Assembly: GCF_008831285.2 (NCBI RefSeq)
Contig: NC_045138.2
Coordinates: 38,440,001 to 38,504,000 of the forward strand
From: Nymphaea colorata
Taxonomy: Eukaryota
Direction of reading: 5' to 3'
DNA length: 64,000 nucleotides
The notes under the pieces were generated by a model, which ran no database searches, was not told the DNA's origin, and was given only the letters and a program-made list of their open reading frames with translations. A program made the translations under genes and the position numbers. Of the stretch, positions 1 to 21,618 are shown in pieces (positions within the stretch are counted from its first letter, which is position 1; the number at the start of each line of letters is the position of its first letter).

Positions 1-170
1 ACCTTTTTAGCTAAAAAAATACGTAAACTCCAACTAGAAAATGAATATATACAGCATTAAGAAGTTATATGGCACACTAAACTAGATATAATACTAGGAA
101 GCAAATAGTAGTATCTAATTTTCAAAACTGCATTACAATGTATATAACAAACAAATAAAATAAAGTTCAC

Positions 171-2100
171 CTCTTTCCAGTCTGGGATCCCACCCTCAGG
201 AACCCAAAGAGGATGATCGAACTTGCATTTATCTCCAAACTTACAGGTCCTGGTCAACATATAATGTGCACAATCCTTCTCTCCTGGACGCTGGGGATAA
301 ATAGGAAGACTGCTTGCACTTTCAAATCTAGGGCGCTTGGTCAAAGGATTTGTTGAAAACATTGCTTCACTTTGTGCAATACTGTTATGAGTGCCCAATA
401 AAGTCTGGTGGTACAAAGCTATGTGTAGATAATAGAGAGAAAATAGCATAAGAAAGGATCAATATACATGTTTGATATAATATGAATATATAAATCTGTT
501 TACTTAAATGTGAATGTCTTAAACGCCTATATTCAGACTTAATAAGTAAATTTGAATGTCTTAAATGTCTATATTCAGATAATATACTTTCAAGTAAGGA
601 CCAATAATGAGGCAATCATTATCTCCCACTAATCATACTGCAACTGCAAAAATATTACAGACAGTTAAAAAGATGTAGAAACAACAGTGGAACACAAAAT
701 ATCCTTGTTGCACTGGAATTTTAAGGATACACGTACATCTAAGCAAACTATCAAACTTTAAATTAAGAAAATCAGTGTGGCTGAAAAGGAAGATACTATT
801 AGAAAAGCCAGTCATCCATATTTTAGTTTTGCAAAACACCTCATGGTTCTCCTGCATCTATAGATAGATAAAAAAATATAATATATGCATATAAAACTAC
901 CAAAACTTGGTATTAAATGTCAAACAAAGCAATCTACTGGAGAAGCCTGCTGACCGCAGCTCAAGTTGGTATCTGTTTGAAGAACTGGAATGGTAAGATG
1001 AACAAATACGAACTTGACAATCGAAGATACATGATGTGGCAGACTACTGCACAATCATGCATAGATAGTTAAGCTTGCAATAATCTATGGCATACAAATG
1101 CATACTTTATTTTCACAATTCATGAAATCCTTCTATATAGTTTTTTGAACAGAAAGTCCAAGGCTCCAAACAACAAGCCTTTCAGTTTATTAATCTGACA
1201 TAAATTCAGGTTGCAAATACATAAAAAAAAATCAAAATATTCAATTCTTTTATGTTACCCACTTAGTGGAAAATGCTGATATGTACTGTAAGATCATGTT
1301 TATCGCCCAGAACATCTGCACCCTAAGCCCATCCAATTCTTTTATGTTACCAACTTAGTGGGAAATTCTAGGACGTATGGTAATTCATTAAGACCAGAAA
1401 TGCATATTAAACCATGAAACTTGAATATAATTAGCCAACTTCAAAATATTCAATTCTTTTATGTTACCCACTTAGTGGAAAATGCTGAGATGTACTGTAA
1501 GATCATGTTTATCGCCCAGAACATATGCACCCTAAGCCCATCCAATTCTTTTATGTTACCCACTTAGTGGGAAATTCTAGGACGTATGGTAATTCATTAA
1601 GACCAGAAATGCATATTAAACCATGAAACTTGAATATAATTAGCCAACACACCAAAAAAACTGATTGAACCTTTCAAAAGCGGCAGAAATCTGCATCAAG
1701 AAAAATGACAGGAGGAAAAACAAAACTAGCTACCTTCACTCTGTCGCTTCAATCCAACAGCCGATGCCTCCAACCCGGCAGGCGGCAACGAGTTATGACT
1801 ATCCAACGCACTCCAGGCCGACTGCGAATACAGCGACGGAGTGAGCGGCCTCGTTGAATAGCTGCTAATCCCGGGAATCTCGCTACTAGAATACTTCAAC
1901 CCATCGGAATACAACGACCCCTTCTCCAAAACAGAGTACCTCGAATCCGAAGAAAGGAGATGGTCGGACGAGAGGTAGCGGGACGCCGTCAGAAGGGAGT
2001 CCGGGTATGAATCCCCGATCGAGCTGTTTCCCGTTAGCCGGGAAGAGTAGAGAGAGGAGAGCTCGGATCCTCCGTACCCGCCATAGAGATGACTCGACAT
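171..2100 (-). CDS. HUA1: CCCH zinc-finger RNA-binding protein, HUA1/C3H37-like; first two coding exons (2100-1734, 418-171); gene continues beyond the window start
   Basis: Exon 1 [11 protein letters not shown]...LKRQSE joins by a GT-AG intron to [83 protein letters not shown]. This contains a C-x8-C-x5-C-x3-H finger and the [12 protein letters not shown] motif typical of HUA1. Confidence 0.88.
1232..1648. repeat. 209-bp near-identical tandem duplication in HUA1 intron 1
   Basis: Units start at 1232 and 1441 (TCAAAATATTCAATTCTTTTATGTTACCC...TTAGCCAAC). Each unit holds two copies of a CAATTCTTTTATGTTACC(C/A)ACTTAGTGG sub-repeat. Confidence 0.95.
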
Positions 2101-2272
2101 TCCCGCGAAACTCTAAGAAACTTGAACAAAATCGAGAACGGAAAGAAAATCCGACGGCGGGTCGAGAATGCAGAGAACCCTATATTCGATGGACCAAAAG
2201 CAAGATCGCCAGGAGGGATGAAGAACGGGAGGGAAGAAAGAGACTCCCCCGACCAAAGCAGTCGGCCTAAGT

Positions 2273-2287
2273 AAACCCTAACCCTAG
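2273..2287. promoter_or_regulatory. Telo-box in the HUA1 5' region
   Basis: AAACCCTAACCCTAG about 170 bp upstream of the ATG; telo-boxes are common in plant RNA-processing and translation gene promoters. Confidence 0.55.
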
Positions 2288-2820
2288 CCCGCCCTAGAAG
2301 AGAGCTCTGCTTCGGACGCTCCGGACTCGAACGTGCTTTCCGGCGCTTCTCCAGACTTTGGCCTCCGCCCGATCTTATTTCCTAATGACGAAATTGCCCT
2401 TGTTCGGTTCCATACCTAAACGGGTCTGGGTACAACCGGATCGAGTTTAAGCGGGTCGACTTGGTTTTCTGCTTTTTCTGTTCCGACCCGATCTCATCTA
2501 CAAATGGATCGATTTGGGTCGGATCTTCAAAAGTTTGTGATAATCTCATGGTTTCAACCAATTATCTGTGATAATAAGTACATGTCTAAGCAAATAATTA
2601 CCTTGAGTAAGCCCAAGGATCCAATTAGTTCCGGTAATTGTCCCTTAATTTCCTTTTTATTGAACTTTTTTTTTATAGTAAAAACAACAAATTCTGGGCA
2701 TTATGTCAATCCCCAACTAACCCCATCATAGAGTTCCTACAGTAAACAAATCATCCGAAACCTGAAACTTGCACAGCAAAAAAAAAAAAAACTGAAACTT
2801 ACTGCTTGCAAACAATAAAT

Positions 2821-2852
<32 letters not shown>

Positions 2853-2867
2853 ATAGAGAGAGAGAGA

Positions 2868-3034
2868 GGAGTGGAGCGAGAATTTTTCATGAAATGAAAG
2901 GGCCGATTTATGGTTTCAAAATTTAAAAAAGGCTGAAATATAATTTTTCAACACTTTTATATAAAATAAGTAACTTTTTTTAATTTTACATGTAAATTTG
3001 AAAAAAAAAAATGAAAGGGGTGCCAAAGCCCTTG
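2868..3034 (+). mobile_element. Degenerate copy of the hAT-type MITE family also at 23964-24151
   Basis: Shares AA(T/C)TTTTTCATGAAATG...TGAAATAT...ATTTTACATGTAAAT blocks with the 23964 element; flanked by (TA)n/(GA)n tracts. Confidence 0.6.
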
Positions 3035-3035
3035 T

Positions 3036-3073
<38 letters not shown>

Positions 3074-5405
3074 GCCGTATGTACCGGATAGTTGCTGGTT
3101 GTCTAAGAATTAGAATATCGGCATGAAAAGGACAATAAATCATCGTTAAAACAACCAAAAACCGTAGTAGCAATACAAACCATGCATAATACTCAATAAA
3201 TATATATATATATATATTATATATAATTGACAGGCTTCCAACAAAGATTTAAATGGGCCAAATATATGTTGCTTGTTGATGTGCAATCAAGGAGGGCAAA
3301 ATATGAAACCTGCCGATTTGAAAAAGATCTTAAACTTAGTGTGTTTCGTAAAGATTGAGGCAGATGTGGAAAATTTATCGCCCTGGTACATCTGAAAACA
3401 AGGAAAATTTTACCCAGGAAAATTTTACCCCGCAAACATTAGTAGCCTTTTTTATGCAAATATAGTTCGAATCCCCAATGTTAATTATAATGATTTCGTT
3501 TTACATATATTCCCATTTGATCGGGCCAACATAGCTGGGGACAGATAGTCAAACCCAATTATTTGTTATTTTGTGTGCGGAAATAGGGGGTTATAGTCAA
3601 TTGAATCCATTGACAACCCTCAACATGTGCCGCAAATTCATGCATATGACTTTTCCGGAAAAAGGAAGGAAGGCTCTTGTCTTTCTCCAGACAAACCTGT
3701 CTATGAAAAGTTTGTCTCTGTTTACAACTCATGTTTCAGCCTAACCAGTGAATCAACATTTTTGTATATTAACGCTAACACTTGTAAATAAGCACGAATT
3801 TTATTCTCTACTGAAGGACCAACTTAAACTTATTTGCTAATTAACCCCATGTTTTATATGATTATCTCTATATAAGTAACTCTATGCGTCTTCATAGATA
3901 TTAATCCTCCTAACGGGGAATCCATACATGTACCATTCATAAAACTAAGTTCGGAATATATATCGTTGTGTTTTTTTTTTTTTTTTTTTTTTTAAATATC
4001 GAACTCATGATTTTTCAGATACAATGAAAAAATTCATTTTCAATTCCAGGCAAGGGACATAACAGCTTGATTAGTGCCAAGGCTACACCTTTGCATGATT
4101 ATAACAACTCAGCAATGAAAAAACTTGAGAGCCTCAAGATGAAAGTCATGCGACTGCGGTACGACAGTTGTCGCAATTTAATAGGTGACCCCTAACCCTA
4201 GCTTGTCAATATATATATATAATGGTGTGAACTTGATATAATCATCCCTACGTACGTTGCATGTGCATTTGCTGTCTTGTGCCTGGCCTGTTTGAAATCA
4301 CATCTCACAAATGAAAGATGGTAGGGCACCCTTCTAAGCATAGGAACAGGTTTCCGTTCATATAACCTAGCTCATTGAACCTAGCCTCGATCGAGCATAG
4401 CCCGAGCCCATGTCCATGCCCAACTCAAGTACTCTTTCTTTGAGAAAGCCGTCGGTGGATCAGGTCGAGCGATGGAGGCTCGATCCAGGTCCAGATAAAT
4501 TTTCAAGTTTTATGAAGAAGATAAATCCACTGAAATTTTTGATTTGGGGATTTTGGTATAAGCATTGCTGTTGCAGGCAGCATGTCAAGGAGGGTCCTAT
4601 GCAATTGTTATGGAAAACACTTTTTTTTTTGTTCTTTTTGTGATTTATGATATTGTTTTTTAGAATTCCAAGTCCACCAATCAAATTATTTGTAATTGAA
4701 AACAAATATAGACCTTGAAGTCCAATCAAATTATGTGGGTTGACTCTTAAGAGAATCGAACCAATGACTAGCGCTCTGTAAACCATTGATCCGACCAGTT
4801 GTGCCGAACCCTTGGAGGCCATGAAGGACGATTTTGCCCTCTAAAAAAAAGGACACAACTTACAGCTTAATTATCGGGAGAGGATAAAAACAGGTCAAAG
4901 ACATGGCAGTACTGTAATTAGTGAGGAAGACCGTGTGCGTTTGTGGAGTGTGAAGGGAGTTTTAGCTTCTTGCTTGAGGCCAGCGAAGCCATGTGGAGGG
5001 AGAGAGGAGGGTTGTAGGTGGAAGGTGGGGCCCACGGGCAAGGGGAAACGGACACGCTAACATCAGGGCATGTGGGACCCATCGGGAAGAAGGGCCACCG
5101 TGGCTGAGGCCGGATACAGCTCTGCCCCGCCACCCATCTCTCTGCCCCTCCCTTTCTCCCTAATTACAGATCCACCCCTTCCCAGAGCCCCGAAATATGG
5201 TCCCCTCAAAATTCTCCAATGCGACAAGTCGCTGCATGGTTGGCAAAGCGCCTGCCTAGGGCAACCTTTTATTGTAAATAAAAAATAGGGGGAAAATGAA
5301 AAAAAAAAAACGAGTGCATATGTTTTAGGCTGTATTGAATTATTGACCTCTTCAAATTTGAAATTCTAAATTTACACTATAAAAAAATAGGTCTTTACAT
5401 CAGTA

Positions 5406-5635
5406 GGGGTGTTTAGGTGACACTTCAAAATCATGCTTTGGAGTGTTTGCATGTCATCAAAATGGGTTTTAAAGAAAACTCAGATTTGACAAAACCTGGT
5501 TTTGTAGAAGAGAGTGAAATTCAAAAACCAAGTTTCGGATGTGCCACATAAACAAAATAAACAAAGTTTCTAAAACTCATTAAAAACACCTAGGTTTTAC
5601 AAAACTGGATTAGAAGAGGGTGCCATCCAAATGCT
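5406..5635. mobile_element. Tourist/PIF-Harbinger-like MITE
   Basis: Left end GGGGTGTTTAGGTGACACT is an imperfect inverted repeat of right end AGGGTGCCATCCAAATGCTC; about 230 bp, AT-rich, with internal GGTTTT/AAAAC symmetry; TSD not clean. Confidence 0.55.
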
Positions 5636-6707
5636 CATTAAGATCTTTGCTCACGTTTTATGCTGAAAGTTATTAAAAATAGCGTCACTAATGCATTTGA
5701 TCAAAATTTTTTTGGGTGGTGACACTGATACAAGCAATTTAAGAAAAGAAAAGTCACTTTCGAACGTGAAAATGGTAGCTCCAGCTTATTAAATCATCTC
5801 TTGCCATGTTTAGTGATTCATGTTTTGTGATGTATTGTAGTTTGCTTCTCAAGGAAACTCTCGTGCGTTATCTCTTTCGAGTTTCTTTATGCAATTTTTG
5901 TGAAACTAAACAATAGGGAGAACAAATGAAGGAGGAAAAAAAAAAAGATTCTTCCTTCACATACGTTGAAAAAAGTACCACTCTTTACTTTTGGTTTTGG
6001 CTCATCACTACATTCATATTTATACAAGTTTAACTTACTTTCAATGCCAGGCAACATATGTACACCTACTTGATACCAACTTCACATGGAAAAACAAGGT
6101 TTTGAAGCTAATTCTATGGTCAAACTTGGTTTCCAACAAGATTTTAGCATCCTGAAAAATCATTTTTGGAAAATATTATGCATTCATGATAAGTTGGTCA
6201 TATGTTGGAAGAGTGAATATTCTTACAGGTGAATATAAACAGAAAGTGACATTCAGGCTGCTGTCAAGAACTCGAGAGCCTTGAAGAAGAAGAGAAGGGC
6301 TTTTATAGGCCGACGTACGTTGCCTTTTATTCCATCAATCTGATTCAGAAGCTTGCACAACGGTCGCATGGTGTTCTCGTAATAAAGGAAAGAAAGCGGG
6401 GGATTTGTTCAACCGTGCGTTCTATAATTCCTGGTCCCTCTCCCCCAGGAACTCGACAGCCAGTTGGCTTAACAGCCTCAGCAGACAGCTCTCCTTCTCT
6501 TGCTCTCTCTCATATGTTAGTTGGTACGTGTATTCTTTTTTCTCTATATGGTAGATTTTTTGTTCTTTAAAAGTGTGAACGTTGTTCTCCGATCTTTCAA
6601 TTCATTCAGTTTCTTCTTTGATCTTAGCTCTTCTTGGCAGCTAGATCTTGCCATCTTGGTCTCTCTGTTTTAAGAGAAAGCCCGCAGAAGGCAAAGGAGG
6701 AGCGAAG

Positions 6708-7378
6708 ATGAGTTACTGGAAGGAAAAGGTTCTGCCCAAGATCAAAAAGTACTTCGACAAGCCCAGCAAGAAGAAAGCAGCTGCTGAATCTACCAAATCT
6801 TTCGATGAATCCAAGGCCAGTGATCCCTCTCTCTCTTAGATGTTATCTCTTCTCAGTTTCTTCAGTCTTTTCTTATACTTTTTCTTTTCCCATCATAAGA
6901 TTCATGTCACGATTAGTTGGTGGTAGAAGAAGGAAGATATGGCCGTATTCTGATGTTTGAGTTTGGTGGGTGCAGGAAGAAATCAACAAGGAGTTTGAAG
7001 AAAAGAAAGGGGAGCTGCACCCGAAGGTTATCGAGATATATGAGGCTTCATCTGCTGAGATCAAGGTGATCTTTAAATATACATGTATACAGCAAACTTT
7101 GAAAGAAAATTGGCATGGGATTTAAATGATCTTCGTGTTCAGATACTTGAGAATATTTATATAGATATATATTGGAAGGGATATGCGTAGGGGACGAGTA
7201 GACCAATTATGGAGGTAACATTTTTAGTGACTTGGTGTAGTTGTTGATGCTGCAGGTAATTGTTAAGGAGCGTAAGGCCTCCGGCTTAAAGAAGCACTCC
7301 GCAGCTGTCCAAAAGTTCCTCGACGAGTTGGCGAAAATCGGTATGTAATCTCACATGTATTTCTTTAGCTTTTCTCTT

Positions 7379-7410
<32 letters not shown>

Positions 7411-8191
7411 CACACGAGTGAAAAGCGATGGTCGAAATCGGATGTCTGATATAGAGCAATCCTTTCATCTTTCGTGAAATTTCATCAATAGATTCGTTTT
7501 CGGTGATTCTTTTTATAGAGAGAAATTTAGAGGCTTTGAAACATCTGTACAATTGAATTTCAAAGAACCGCCGACGACCCGTAAAGTATGAACACTATGG
7601 GTTGTATACATTCAAGTGATTGAATGGTTGAAGAAAATGAAAAGATTTGCACAAGTATTGAAAAAATATATGTGCTCAAACAAAAAGATAGTTTTAAAGT
7701 GTGCAAGAATCAATGGCTCATGACGTATAAAAGCCTTGCGATTTCCAAGAAAATTATAGATGAATTATGTGATACATATTTTCAGAAATATTGAGGGAAT
7801 AAAAATGGAAAAAGAAGAACGATGAATGATGTTGCTTTATTGACATGACCAACATGGTAATTGAGCAGAGTTCCCCGGATCCAAGCACGCATGTGAAGCA
7901 TCTAGCAAGTACGGGCCTGCTCTGGTCTCAACCACCGTCTTCTTCATCTTCGAGAAGGTCTCTACCTTCATACCGGTGGAGGAGAAGCCGGCGGAGGCCC
8001 CGGTGGCGGAGCCAACTCCAGCACCAGCGGCAGAAGAGCCAGAGAAGTCGGCCACAAAAGAGGATGAAGCAGCTCCACCTCCGCCGCCGGAGGAGTGCAA
8101 GGAGGTAGAGGCCGTGGTTGAGAAGAAGGAGGAGCCGGCACCGGAGCCTTCTCCGGCTGCAGAGAAAACCGACGAGGCAGAGAAGAAATGA
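6708..8191 (+). CDS. PCaP1: DREPP / plasma-membrane cation-binding protein PCaP1 (MDP25)-like; exons 6708-6815, 6976-7065, 7256-7340, 7869-8191
   Basis: Spliced product MSYWKEKVLPKIKKYFDK...FDESK/EEINKEFEEKKGELHPKVIEIYEASSAEIK/VIVKERKASGLKKHSAAVQKFLDELAKI/EFPGSK...FIFEKVSTFIPVEEK plus a Glu/Pro/Ala-rich tail matches the DREPP family. Confidence 0.95.
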
Positions 8192-8491
8192 AGGATGCCA
8201 CAGTGAATTCGTGGCTTAATTCATTTCACCCCCATGAATTCTTCTTCTTCCTTCTTCCTTTCTCCATAATTGCAAATACTGCTTGTCTGCTGCCTCGTCT
8301 CATTCATGTCTGTTTTGTTCAATAATCATGCAAGTTGTTATACTGTAATTTATCATTCTTTCGTGGTTTTGTCCCTGCTGGTTCTTTTCCTCTCTGTGGG
8401 GGAGGGGAGGCCCCTGTATCCACTTGTGTACTTGATTGGGATTTGGAACTTGAATTGGAAAATCAACTTTCAAGCTTTGATGAGTGGACTT

Positions 8492-8548
<57 letters not shown>

Positions 8549-8817
8549 TGCCACCCAAGTTTATGGTTGTCCGCTTGGATTTCATTATGTTTTCAGAGAT
8601 TCAATCATATGGATGGGTTCACAATGTTCAATTGAAAGAGCGTATAAAACAAAATTTTGACAAACCTGAATTAATTTGTCATAATCTTCAAATATAAGGA
8701 GTTACGAAATTGCATTGATATGCCATTTCTGAAACATATGGATTTGAAAATTCTGACGTCATTTATGAAGTCATTTTTTTCAAAAAAAAGACACAACGGC
8801 ATGTGCTGGACAGTTCA

Positions 8818-8820
<3 letters not shown>

Positions 8821-8910
<90 letters not shown>

Positions 8911-9230
8911 GGTAGATTCCTTCGCAAGGAGGAATCTCTTCGCTTGAAGGCCACCCCATGAATGCATCCGGCATCCTTCTTTCACTCACACACCATGTGT
9001 TTGCTATGAGAACCGAGGATTTTCCTGCCAAATCTGACCAGAGAATCCAATATATATATATATATATAGAAAGAGAGAGAGAGATAGGAAAAGGGAGGAA
9101 GAAAGAGGAATCTCTTCTCTTCAAGGCCACCTCATGAAAGCAATGGGCGGCCTCCTTTCCCTCGGACACCATGCGTTTACCATGAGAAGCGAGGATTTCT
9201 TATGCCAATCCTTGCTAGAGAAATCCAATA
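8821..9230. repeat. Two diverged ~125-bp units, each preceded by a (TA)n(GA)n compound microsatellite
   Basis: GAGGAATCTCTTC..AAGGCCACC.CATGAA..CACCATG.GTTT..ATGAGAA.CGAGGATTT..AATCCAATA occurs at about 8929-9052 and 9105-9230. Confidence 0.85.
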
Positions 9231-12200
9231 ATTTTATATATAAATATCAAATGATTACATAAAGATCAGATTAGATGGCTCAGGAATTCAAGTGGAGTGC
9301 TTGCAGTCCTCTCTTTGTGGTTTTAATTTTAAATATTCTTACATACCGTAATACGCAAAATTTAAAACTAGACTAGAAACATCCGTCAAACGAGGACTAA
9401 GCTAGAGGACTTAAAAAAGAAAACAGTAAACTCAGAAGGGAAAAAAAAAATCACGTTCTAAAATGTAAGAAATCCATGGATCTTCTACCATTACTTTGCA
9501 TAAATTAAAACCCAACAAGAAAAGAAAATAGAATTTAACAATTTCGTACCACACGCCAACTATACAACATAGAAAAACTTCATATCCGGACAAAGAAACA
9601 CCGTTGGCAAAAATTTATTCCTCATGATAGCAGATTATAATGTCTTCCACATGGCATCACTTTCAAATTTCTTCTTAATTACTCACCTCTCTCTCTCTCT
9701 CTCTCTCTCTAAGCTTGGTGCTGGTGGAAATTACGGACAAAATTATTGGCGAATAATGGTTGGAGGTCCACTTCAAAGTTATCCATCACATGGAATCATG
9801 GACATATGTTTGTTCCTTACACGCAATACTTGAAAGGAATGGCATTCAAAGCCATAATTTATCAACGGTCCAAAAAAGAATCCTCCCAATGGCCAGACCA
9901 AGCCAGTGGAATTCTGTTTATATTTTACCCTTGTCCTTGGCAGAATGTTTATTGAATTTGTGGTCGTCAGTTTGATTCATGTAAACACTATAACTTTGTG
10001 CCAACAAAAAGTTATCTTTTTTTTTTTATTAACAATGACCTTTTTCGTCATTTACCATATTGGCGCACAAAAATTTCATGCATCAATAACTTAACGCGTA
10101 CATAGCCAGATTCACTTTTGTACTGGGTAGTAGGATGAAATACTCCTTGATTCGCAAATGAATCACGGCCGGTTCGATTCAATATGGGATGTTATGAACA
10201 CTCGTAAGAGGGTGACAAAATGGAAGGGATAGACTGCTGATCATCTAATAAATGGTTGGGCCCATGAAGGAAGAAGGTAAGCTTTCAAAATCAAATGCAC
10301 GGCCATCACTGTCCCTTACAACTCACTTGAAAACCCACCTTTGCGTATGTACACAAACTTGCCTACGTTCAAGGACTCAAAACCACAAACTTTAGGGTGC
10401 AAACCCTAAACTTTTAATATCCAAAACATCCAACGTCTTGAATATTTGGTGTTTCAAATGGAGAAGCTAAGATCTATGAAGTGTTTAAAGACCACACATA
10501 ATTTTCGGTGGGTGCATGTGAAGGGGATGGACGGGTTCAGGCAGTAATCAAATCTGACCGAAGTGGATTCTGCATAGTTGGAATTGGGTCCAGGATTTGA
10601 AGTTGATTGGATTTCATTTTTTCTTTAAGCATTCCCTAAGCTTGATGGGATCAGGGTTCATTTACCAGTGTAGCTCCTGATTCTTAAAGATTTAATATAA
10701 TCCTGTGTTTGTGGGACACAGAGTAACCACAGTAGCTAGGAAATGTAGACGACGCAGGAAGCAACACGGTAAGCGGCAGTAGAGAGTGAAAACCTTTTGA
10801 AAAACTATTACATTAACATAAACGATGAGATTCAAGGAAGCGTTCTGGAGTGGAGAGATAAACAAAAGCAGGGAAGCGAATTTCAAAACGAAAGCAGGTT
10901 TCTTGGCAACTTACTATGTGGCACAAAGGGGTGATGGTGCACTGGTCGGATCAGCGGCCAGTCGGCAGCTGATTACTGCTGCCAGCCATGGCAATGGCGT
11001 CGTCCCTTGTACTGCAAATGGGGATGCAGCAATTCACTGTTTACATGCAGAGTGGGTGAATCTCCGAGGCACCAACACAGTCGTGGATGCTGAAGAAGAG
11101 GGATTCACTCTAATTTGGGTGGTGGGGTTGTCCTGCCATTCACCTGGAAGTGCACATAACATTGTGATTATGAATCACAAGATGAAGACGCAATATCTGT
11201 TATTTACCATAACTGGAAATCTCTCCCTCTCTTTCTCTTTTGTAAGTCTGAATTAATTCAATCCACAACATGCTCTTTGCATCAAAACTATGAAAAAGCA
11301 GCCAGAAACTTATATATTGACAAAAAATTTCCGCAGGAATAATTTTCATTCTGGAGTTAAACAAGATAAACACGGACACAATCAAAGAGCGTTCTCATGA
11401 GAGTATCACTGACATATGTTGAAATTAAATGGGAGTACTGCGCCGACGCCAACAGCGTGGGGAAGCTGTCTATGGGGTCGTGTCGTGGCTGGATCTGCCA
11501 TCGCCTTCATGTAAGGCTGGTTTTTTGTCCTGTTTGCAGGACAGGGCAAGCTACTTTGCCATGGCTTTTTTTAGCATGAGTCTTCAGTTACCACCAAGGT
11601 AATATGAGTCCTGCTGCCTGATGGTGAATAGTTAGCGGCCGTCCATGCACATGTCCGGGACGCACTATTATAGTTAAGTACCTGAACGCTCACCAGCCGA
11701 ACACAGTCCAGAAAGTACTCACAGTTAATTGACCAGGGTAAATATTGCTCCCGCTCCATTTCGCAAGCTTTAATGTTACGTTTATGCGTGATTTATGGAG
11801 AGAAAGAAGGGAGTTAAGGGTATGAGGCCATCCTGCTTGTCTTTTTTTGGAGTTTATTTTACATGCTCTAAATACCATTCATGTCGATGGGATCTTAAAG
11901 ATTTTGAGGTCCCCAGTTTGTGGCAGAAGAAATCAGAGCACGGATGTTGGGATCTCCGATATTATGGAGTATCCCAATTGCATAAATATGCTGAATACTA
12001 TTTTTCAAAGCGATCTATGATCCGGTGCGTTCATTTTAAGGATGGATGGTTCAACATCAACAGCATTAATCGTAAACTTTTTGGTGGGAGTAAAAAAGTC
12101 CCGATTAAAGAGTGGTTCCATTGATGGCCATGATTTATTCCAGAAAAGAGTGAACTGGCAAAGAAGATTGATGCAACTGTTGTTGCTCATTCATTTTGGG

Positions 12201-12739
12201 GCCTATGCCATTTTTAGCCTCGTGGTCCCGGAGGTACAACCAGACAAGGCAGGACTCCCTGATGGGGACTTTGTCCCCTATGAGGTACTATTGTTTTAAC
12301 ATTATTGCATTTAGTAAGAAATTTAAATGATTTTAATCACTCATTTGTCAATTATTAAATTATTTCAATTTTCCATAAAGAATTAATTTGAATGTGGCTC
12401 GAGTATTAAACTCATCTCTTCCTCCGGGTGATGTAGAATTCAAAGGCTCTTGAGTGTATCCGTTATATCAAACGATAAAAATAATACATTTATATTCGAT
12501 CGCCAGAATAGTTCTCCGCTCTTTTCTGAAGAAGTTGAAATATATATGGAAGAAAACTCTTGGTTGCAGAGCCTGGTTGAACTCTGTAACAGATTGCGTT
12601 TGGCATGTTGAACTACAAGGGGAAAAAAATCAGATCCGTTAGGAATACTTATGTTACATGGTACACACAATAATGAAACTACTCTCTGTCGCCATCTAGT
12701 TAAACAAGTGGTGAGGAAACGTCGTTTCTTGACTTGAGC

Positions 12740-21472
<8,733 letters not shown>

Positions 21473-21618
21473 CCTCTTCTCCTTCTCCTTCTTCCTCGAT
21501 ATCACGGTAACGGAGATATTGCCGTCTCTCCTGCTCCTCTTTCCCTCCCTCCCTCTCTCTCGCCTTCGCTCACTCGAGGAAGACGATCGCAACGGAACCC
21601 TAGGTCCCCTCTCTCTTG

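Noticed and set aside
1232..1648. Four copies of a ~28-bp repeat with intervening sequence, superficially CRISPR-like
   Set aside because: The intervening segments are themselves duplicated and the context is a eukaryotic intron with no cas genes.
7251..7261. PCaP1 exon 3 begins GTAATT, giving junction AAG|GTAATT
   Set aside because: Weaker than the MCM6 exon 13 case; AG|GT junctions are common proto-splice sites.
8270..9172. ORFs of 60-130 aa with LSLSLS/YIYIYI/ERERER runs
   Set aside because: Translations of (CT)n/(TA)n/(GA)n microsatellites.
11511..11539. Apparent GTAAGG...TTGCAG intron joining two short + strand ORFs
   Set aside because: Only 29 nt, too short for a plant intron, and the joined peptide is not recognisable.
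11542..11561. CAGGGCAAGCTACTTTGCCA resembles the reverse complement of miR399
   Set aside because: Needs a gap plus three mismatches, and no partner arm for a precursor hairpin is visible.
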